NCBI RefSeq assembly: GCF_006345805.1
Contig: NC_043004.1
Span: forward strand, 930,001 to 994,000
Source of the DNA: Octopus sinensis
Lineage: Eukaryota
DNA: 64,000 nt
Direction of reading: 5' to 3'
Every line of letters starts with the position of its first letter. Position 1 is the stretch's first letter. The translations under genes were made by a program, and so were the position numbers. Below, piece after piece: positions 56,215-64,000 of the stretch. The notes beneath the pieces are model-generated. The model was not told where the DNA came from, made no database searches, and was given only the letters and a program-made list of their open reading frames with translations.

Positions 56215-56765
56215 AAATGCCCTGATGCAGAACCAGGCAGTGGCTCTCGTGCCTTCTGGTCTCAACTGATTGGAAGTGTTATCATGTACATTGTTTTGTC
56301 TTGGTATAAAAGATGGGCTACAACAAATATTCTACTCAATACCACAGATTTGCTTGTCAGTTGTTAGACCTTAACCAGTTGAGCATGTCCCTTAGGGGCT
56401 GACAATATGTGCATCTCTGATCACAAGCAGAAGTAGTGGGGGAGCATCATAGCCATGTGTTGAGAGGAATTCTTTGGGGTTTGAATAATTTACCTCTGGA
56501 AACATGGGTGGTTCATTCAACAGCCTCAAACAACCCTTATTCAGAGACCTTTTGAGAGGGATGGGTTACTTGACCAGATGAAAATTCTAACTAGGCCCCA
56601 TCTGCAAAGTCATGTGGTATTTATCTTGATATCAGATCACCATGTTGCGCACATATGGTTGTGATGCATGTGCCTGGTGTACCCTTATCAGATGGGTAAT
56701 CATGATGGGTATATTAAGCTTTGTAAATTTTACCCCACCATCACTTTGATGGCATGCACTGCGCT
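56215..56765. repeat. Interspersed repeat inserted in an (AAT)n tract
   Basis: About 550 bp flanked by (AAT)n on the left and an AAC/AAT-rich run on the right. It may be a non-coding derivative of a TAA-targeting element (inference). Confidence 0.4.
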
Positions 56766-59146
56766 AACAACAATAACAATAATTCTTTCTGTTATAGGCA
56801 CAAGGTCTGAAATTTAGTGGGAAGGGCCAGTCAATTACATTGATACCAATGTTCAACAGGTACTTCTTTTATGGACCTCAGAGGGATGAATAGAAAAGTC
56901 CACAACAGAAGAATCTGAACTCAGAACATAAAGACGGGTGAAATACTGCAAAGCATTTTTGTAAGTATGTTAACAATTCTGTCAGCTCACCACCTTAACG
57001 ATGATGACGTCGACAATTATGATGATAATAATAATGAGTTCATTGTGAGTGCCACTGGAGTGGCGCTCTAGTGCAGGTAGCATGTAAAAAGCACCATTTG
57101 AACGTGGCTGTTGCCAGTACCACCTGACTGGCCCTCGTGCTGGTGGCACGTAAAAGCACCCACTACACTCTCAATGCTTGAATGGTGCTTTTTATGTGCC
57201 ACTGGCACAGGTGCCAGTCAAACAGCACTGGCATCGATAGACTAGAATTACACTCAGTTCAACAGTTCTTCACAAGCACAGCATATCGCCCAACACTTGA
57301 AGGATGCTCTTAACAAGTCAATTACGCAACACTGACATTGGCCATGACAACGATCTAACTCTGCTTGACATCGTTTGAAGTAAACAGAACTATTATTGTT
57401 TGTCTCCTGAATAATTTTGAGATTCTGTCCATTAGTTTACCTGCAATCATTACTCTTGAGCTGTATATGTAACTATTTAATTTTTTTCAGGAGCACAGGT
57501 GGAGGGCAAAGTTATATTTAGGGGCCTAGGTCTGAGAGGGTTACCAATCTTAGAAAGATGATAGGTAAGGTTAACCTTTGTAGGGTTTCAACCAAAAGGT
57601 CACAGATTTGAAGACTGGCTATAGTAATACCAGTAATTGACTGGTACTAATTTATGGACTCCAGAATGATGGGAGGCAAAATTGGCTTCCATGGAATATA
57701 ATGGTATTTTACCTATTACAACTGTTTCTGTCATTTTTAGGAACTCAAACAATAACGATTTGTTTAAATACCACCAGCAGCACCACCACTATCATCATCA
57801 TCAAACATCCATTTTCCATGCTGGCATGGGTTGGACAGTTTGAGAAAAGCTGGCAAACTGGAGAGCTGCACCAGGTTCCGTTGTCTGTTTTGGAATGGTT
57901 TTTATGGTTGGATGCCATTCTTAATACCAACCACTTTACCGAGGGTACTGGGTATTTTATATGTGACACCAGCAAGGGTGCTTTTTATGTGGTACCAGCA
58001 AGGGTACTTTTTATGTGATACCTGCAAAGGTACTTTTTATGTGGTACCAGTAAAGGTACTTTTTATGTGGTACCAGCACTTCAAACAATTATCTTTTTCA
58101 ATGGTTTGGTACGTAGAAATTTCAAGTTGATTCAAAATATCCTGTTTCAAAATTCTAACTAGGACGCAGTCATTGAAATTGTCAATTTCCAAATCTGAAA
58201 ATTGGGTGCCACTTTAGCATGTGATCTTCCTGACTATTTACATTTTAACATGCAGCCTAACCCAAACCTTAAGCCTAATCCCCAACTGTGACACAGATCA
58301 GGTCATGTCACTGCACATAGAATATGGATACTGATGTAGACCACATGCTAAAGTAGCACCAAAGCAGATGAGAATCTCTTGAAGTATTTATTTCAATAGA
58401 TTTTTGTTCATAAAAATGAATCATTTTGAAGAAATACCCCAAATATTCTATTCAACTTCTAAATTGCCAGTGTGTGGTCGTTTTATCAGAACCAAGCAAT
58501 AGCAATAGCAAATACCATATAATGACCTTCAAACGTTGGGCCTCACAGAGGCAATAACGAAAGACTGAGACCTCTGAAGATATACTGTGACTGTGAAGAC
58601 CCGGCAAATAAAGTGAGGTCACAACTGTATCCTACACCAGTTTCGCATAACCATCCCCAGCCCACTCAAAAGTACCTTGGATCGTAGGGTGATATGCTGT
58701 GCTTGGGGAGGCCTATTGAGTCAAGTACATCAACAACAAAATGAAAATCAAATGAAAATTGTAGTTATGATCTCCATGTCAGTGGCACATAAAAAGCACC
58801 ATCCGAACGTGGCCGATGCCAGCGCCACCTTGACTGGCCCCTGTGCCGGTGGCACGTAAAAAGCACCCACTACACTCTCAGAGTGGTTGGTGTTAGGAAG
58901 GGCATCCAGCTTTAGAAATCTGGCCAGATCAGATTGGAGCCTGGTGCAGACTCCTGGCTTCCCAGACCCCAGTTGAACCGTCCAACCCATGCCAGCATAG
59001 AAAACGGATGTTAAACGACAATGATGATGATGAGTTACCATTTACTAAACTTCCCAGCATGCAACTTGTCTATTTTAAAATGGAATTCATAGACTGTTGT
59101 CCCAAACCCATCTAAAGTAATAAAAAAACTAAATTTTCTTCTTTAC

Positions 59147-59234
59147 CTTAAAGAACTGAGTTGTGTTATCACATTGCACAAATTCTTCAGCTGAATAGAT
59201 GCATTCCATTAACTCTTCTTGACTTTGCTTCAAT
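59147..59234 (-). CDS. Pseudokinase exon (R-LKQSQEELMECIYSAEEFVQCDNTTQFFK), phase 2->0
   Basis: Acceptor ttttgttctttactcag|A, donor TAAG|gtaaag. 88 nt; phases match both neighbours. Confidence 0.8.
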
Positions 59235-59362
59235 CTGAGTAAAGAACAAAAACATGCAAATTGTAGATGTCTTTCATTTTATATTATTAAATAATTATTA
59301 ATTATGGGGGAAGTATTAATGCCAAAAGATGTTAGTACTGTTTGCCAATAATTATTCTTTAA

Positions 59363-59584
59363 CCCTTTCGTTACTGTATTTATTTTGAGATGCTCTGTGT
59401 TTCTTTCAATTAATTTTAAATATAACAAAGAATTTAGTAAAATAACTTAGTTATGATTAAGCTAGTTTTAGGAGCATAAATTGTGATTAAGGTTTGGTGG
59501 AAGATTTCAATTCAGAACTTATGAAAACAAGACATTTGTACTACAGAGCCAGAGCCGGTTTCAGCCGGGTTGGTAATGAAAGGG
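59363..59584. mobile_element. piggyBac-like MITE
   Basis: TTAA TSDs at 59359-62 and 59585-88; TIRs ccctttcgttac / gtaatgaaaggg. Confidence 0.75.
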
Positions 59585-60321
59585 TTAATAAGCCTGATGG
59601 CTATTTGCAACATTAGTGACCGGAAAAAACACTGAAATTTTGTATATACACTATTAAAGAACAAAATTATTATACTAAGAGCCACACTTTTATTTGTTTT
59701 AGTCATTTGACTGCGGCCATGCTGGAGCATCACCTTCAGTCGAACAAATCAACCCCAGGACTCATTCTCTGTAAGCCTAGAAGTTATTTCATCTGGCTCT
59801 TTTGCCGAACCATTAAGTTACGGGGATGTAAACACACCAGCATTGGTCATCAAGCGATGGTGGTGGTGGTGGTGGGGAGGGGGACAAACACAAACACAAA
59901 CATATATATATATATATATATATACACACATCCCCATAACACATAGATTATATGTTTAGCAACCAACTGATTCAAGTCAACAACAGTCTTAACAATATGC
60001 TGGGCAAAATACCTTTCATCTCTCATCTCTCACTCTTTCTCTCTTTCACTCACTCATGCACTCACTTTCCTTCTATCCAATTCTTGCAATGTGCATCTGT
60101 CAATGATTGTTATTTTTGTCTGCTCCCCACCATTCCTCCCAGAGGTCAACAAGAATTCAGTGTTATATACAAACACTTCCCCACCTTCCTTTCTCTCCCT
60201 CCCTATCTCCCTTCCCCTCCCTATCTCTCTCCCTCCCTATCTCTCTCCCCTTCCCTCTCAAAGGCTGCCGTGACACAAGATAGGAACCTTTGTTCTCTAG
60301 ATAATAACAGAAATGACGTAC

Positions 60322-60473
60322 CTCCTTGAGAACTGTGTACAACCAACAGCTTTGCAAGCGATCTCTTTACACTTCAGGCAGTGTTCCAACAGGACACAAA
60401 GGGTGTGGCTGTCATCAAGACCAAGATGTCGGTTCTGGATATTCTCCTGTAAAGTTTTCACATATTTTTTGCC
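60322..60473 (-). CDS. Pseudokinase gene, most 5' exon found (GKKYVKTLQENIQNRHLGLDDSHTLCVLLEHCLKCKEIACKAVGCTQFSR), phase 0->2
   Basis: Acceptor ttcttcaatttacag|GGC, donor GGAG|gtacgt. 152 nt open frame whose phase matches the next exon. Confidence 0.8.
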
Positions 60474-60958
60474 CTGTAAATTGAAGAAATAACACAAAAA
60501 GAGCATTCTGTTATTCGTAATGACCAGGAATTTAAGAACTTCATAAAGAGTAAGCAACAAAATCAATAAGCAAAAACAAATGTATGGCAACAACCGTGCT
60601 GGTGGCAAAGAAACGCACCCTGAGTCATGTAAATAGCATCTGTGCCAGTGGCACATAAAAGCACCCGTTACACTCTCAGAGTGGTTGGCATTAGGAAGAG
60701 CATCTAACCATAGAAAACCATGCCAAATCAGACTCCGTCCAACCCATGCCAGCATGGACAATGGATGCTAATTGATGGTGATGATGATGATGATGATGCA
60801 CAGGCACAGCTGTGTGGTAAGAAGTTTGCTTCCCAAACCCATGGTTCTGAGTTCAATTCCACTGCATGACACCTTGTGGAAGTGTCTTCAACGATAGCCT
60901 TGGGCCAACCAAAGCCTTGTAAGTGGACTTGGTAGATGGAAACTGAAAGAAGTCCGTC

Positions 60959-61009
<51 letters not shown>

Positions 61010-61367
61010 ATATATATATCTACATATACATATATCTATATGTGTATGTTTTTGTGTCCGTGTTTGTCCCCCACCCATTACCACTTGATAACCTGTGTTA
61101 GAGTGTTTACATCCCTGTAACTTGGCAGTTCAGCGAAACAGACTGATAGAATAAGCAATAGGTTTAGAAAGAATAAGCCCTGGAGTTGATTTCTTCCACT
61201 AAAACTCTTTAAGGCAGTGCTCCAGCATGGCCACAGTCAAATGACTGAAATAAGCAAAAGAGCAAAGAAAAAAAAGAGTGAAATTCTATGCATTGTTTTC
61301 TGCATAATTGTTCAATTTAATTCCACTAAATATTATAAAGAAATTATTATCTCCCAATCTGCTAGAG

Positions 61368-62341
61368 CAGTGCTACTCAAAGTGGTGTCCTGCGGACTAG
61401 TGCTGGTCCGTGAGCCATCAGCTGCCAGTATGTGGTGAGTTTCCAGGAAAGAAAGAAGAATTATAAAATGCTTATGTAATATTGTATTATTTGTTCACAA
61501 AATAAACATAAGATAAAACAAAATTGTCTACTTTTATTATATTCATTGTATTTATTGCATTTCTAAATCTCTCAGAGAGATTTATACGGTAGCAGCACAA
61601 TAAAGTGATGGTTTGTTGCCAACTTAATGTGGCAGTCCCAGGAAAGAGAAGAACACTACTGCTATTTAACCCCAGTTGGCTGCGTGACACAAGTGTTCTG
61701 TGTCCTAAAGTTTTCAAACTAGTCTCTGGATGCTGGCTTTGCTGAGTCAAGGTACTTATCTCCTCAGTTTGAAAACTTAAGGACACAGAACACTTGTGTT
61801 ACATAGCCAACTGGAAACAGTGTTTCCTGGGGATAAATAACAGTAACATTCTTCCCTTTCCTGGGACTACCACATGAAGTTGGCAGCAAACCATCACTTT
61901 ATATAGAGAGAGTTCACAAACAAAATAACAAAAGACGAAGACAGGTGGTGTACAAAACAGATGTATTAGTATAATGCTCAGGAATAGAAAAAGTCTTTTA
62001 CATTTCGAGCCTATGCTCTTCAGCAGAAAGGGACACAGAAAAAAACAGGGAGAGAAAAAAAATATGTGTAGTGGCTACCGATCTATCATGGCAACTGCTG
62101 GACAGAAGGGTCACACAGGAGAGTGAAGAAGTAGGGGAGATAACAAAGTAAAGATGACCCCCCCCCCCCAAAAAAAAAACGAAGGTGCATGTGTGTATAA
62201 GAGAGTATGTATGTGCATGTGAAAGAGGGCTGGTGGTGTTTCTGGTATAAATTGATAGCACTAAGAAATATTACTGGTCCCTGGCACACTGGAAAAAAAA
62301 AAACTGCCAGTAGGCCACATCAGATAGTTTGAGAAGCACTG
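61368..62341. mobile_element. hAT (Charlie-like) non-autonomous element with a nested hammerhead-bearing repeat
   Basis: TIRs cagtgctactcaaa / tttgagaagcactg; imperfect 8-bp TSD tgcTAgag / tggTAggg. Confidence 0.6.
61995..62030 (-). ncRNA. Degenerate hammerhead-like motif
   Basis: CTTT - CTGCTGA - A - GAGC atag GCTC - GAAA - TG TA - AAAG. Core position A6 is C and stem III has a U.G pair. Confidence 0.4.
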
Positions 62342-62559
62342 TGGTAGGGGACACCACATGGTTAATATAATTGATCTGTGGTTATTGTTTAGCCCTGAGT
62401 CAGTACTGAGCAGACCTATGAACAAAGGGGGATTCAACCATGACCATCCCATCTTACTTCCTTCACCCTTGGAAGGAAACTGGAGACCTGAGCTACACCC
62501 CTAAGTTCTAGTTAGTGGTAACAAACAAGTGACAGATTAAGAATAATAAATTTCTCAAT

Positions 62560-63020
62560 TGGCACACAACCATGGTCCCTCAATTCAAGTACCCTATGCT
62601 GTATGGAAGTGAAACATGGTATCTGAGGGGGTGGGAAGAGATGGCAATTTTGAGAAGGACCAAGAGAGCAATGGTGAGAGAAATGTGTGATGCTGGGGTT
62701 GGGGAATCGGTGGAATGGCGGGCTAGGGTGAATGGAGTGTAGTGGTATGGGGGTGTGCTGAGGAGGGATGAGGAGTGTGTTCTGAGGAGGGTGCTAGAAT
62801 TTGCGGTAAAAGGACCGCGAAAGCGAGGTAGACCGAGGAAAAGGTGGAGGGGACAGGTGGTGGAGGAGGAGATTGGGAGGGTTGGCTTTAGAAGGGAGGA
62901 CGCTCGAAACTGGGCAAGATGTTGTGACGGCGGTTGCTATGGCACTGAGGTAGATCCGGCCACTCCTGTTAACGGGGACAAAACCTGGATTTAAAACACA
63001 GAATGATGATGATGATGAGT
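62560..63020 (+). mobile_element. RTE-type LINE 3' fragment
   Basis: LYGSETW, VLRRDEECVLRRVLEFAVKGPRKRGRPRKRW, and a (GAT)n tail. Confidence 0.85.
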
Positions 63021-63583
63021 TGTGTATGTATGTGTTTGTTTATATTCGTGTATAGTCGAGTGTGTGTGTGTGCACGTGTGTGTGTAACTGTATTACTTTC
63101 ATATTTGTAAGAGATTACATGGAAGAGTTGAGTGTATGTATGTACGTATATACCGCGCCCCCCCACTGCCACTCTAACTACACCACATTACAATCCGTGC
63201 ATTGTGTGTTTAACAACCAACTGGTTCAAGTCAACAACAGCATGTCAAGTGCAGTCTTAACATGCTGGGAAAATTGCCTTTAATTCTCTCCCTGTCACTC
63301 ACTCTCTCACACACTCACTCTCTCTCTCTCACTCCCTCACTGACTCACTCTCTCTCACTCACTTTCTCTCTCTTACTCACTCTCTCTCTCACTCACTCCC
63401 CCTCACCCTATCTAATTCTTGTAATGTGTATGTGTCAGAGATTGTTATTTTTGTTTGGACACCCCCCTCCACCTTTCCTCCTTGACATCAACGATTCAAC
63501 CAATCCAGTGTTATAACCAAACTCTCTCTCTCTCTCTCTCTCTTTCCCTCCTTCTCTCTCTCTCTATCTTCCTCCCCCTCCCC

Positions 63584-63624
<41 letters not shown>

Positions 63625-63894
63625 CCAAGTATTTGGTGATCTTTCCACTTAATTCGGTCCCTGACCTCTCAATTGTTATTTCATCTGTTATTCCAGGTTA
63701 GAAGGGGTTAAATGAAACTTGTTGATGCAGATTCTCTACGGCCAAAACGCTACACAGTGTCGCACCTTGGGTAACGATCTTCAACTAAAATATTTTCCAG
63801 ACATGTTTCCACAAAATATTACAAATGAATGAACGACATGACACTAATTACTGTTGTATGACCCATTTACAATTATCATGTGACATCAAGACAA

Positions 63895-63936
<42 letters not shown>

Positions 63937-64000
63937 CATACAAGAGAAAGAAAATGGAATTCATGGAACATTTTATTCAGAACCACGATCATTTTGAGCC

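Overview
This is repeat-dense eukaryotic (animal) DNA. The SINE, LINE and microsatellite make-up suggests an octopus or other coleoid cephalopod; this is an inference, not a database match. Most ORFs in the supplied track are microsatellite read-through or decayed transposons. Tracing splice sites and reading-frame phases by hand gives three candidate host genes, all on the minus strand. (1) At least nine phase-consistent exons (60473 down to 40573) encode a TK/TKL-fold pseudokinase (HRD->FLA, DFG->NFH, APE->PPE) behind a helical, Cys-rich N-terminal region; its 5' end was not found in the window. (2) An unassigned multi-pass membrane protein (28601 down to 27755) whose frame is completed only by a 43-nt (or 28-nt) mini-intron or a +1 frameshift. 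(3) A probable secreted protein (about 27198 down to 1656, continuing past the left edge) with two C-type-lectin-like half-domains flanking an uncharacterised invertebrate domain. Introns and spacers hold RTE, R4/Dong, Tx1/L1, CR1 and Penelope-like retroelements, Tc1/mariner, pogo-, hAT-, piggyBac- and Helitron-like non-autonomous elements, and tRNA-derived SINEs. Three minimal hammerhead-ribozyme motifs are present: one apparently intact with a compensatory U3-A8 core pair, one inside a tRNA-headed SINE, and one degenerate. There is a 100-N assembly gap at 12008-12107. All coordinates and translations were read by eye and no searches were run.
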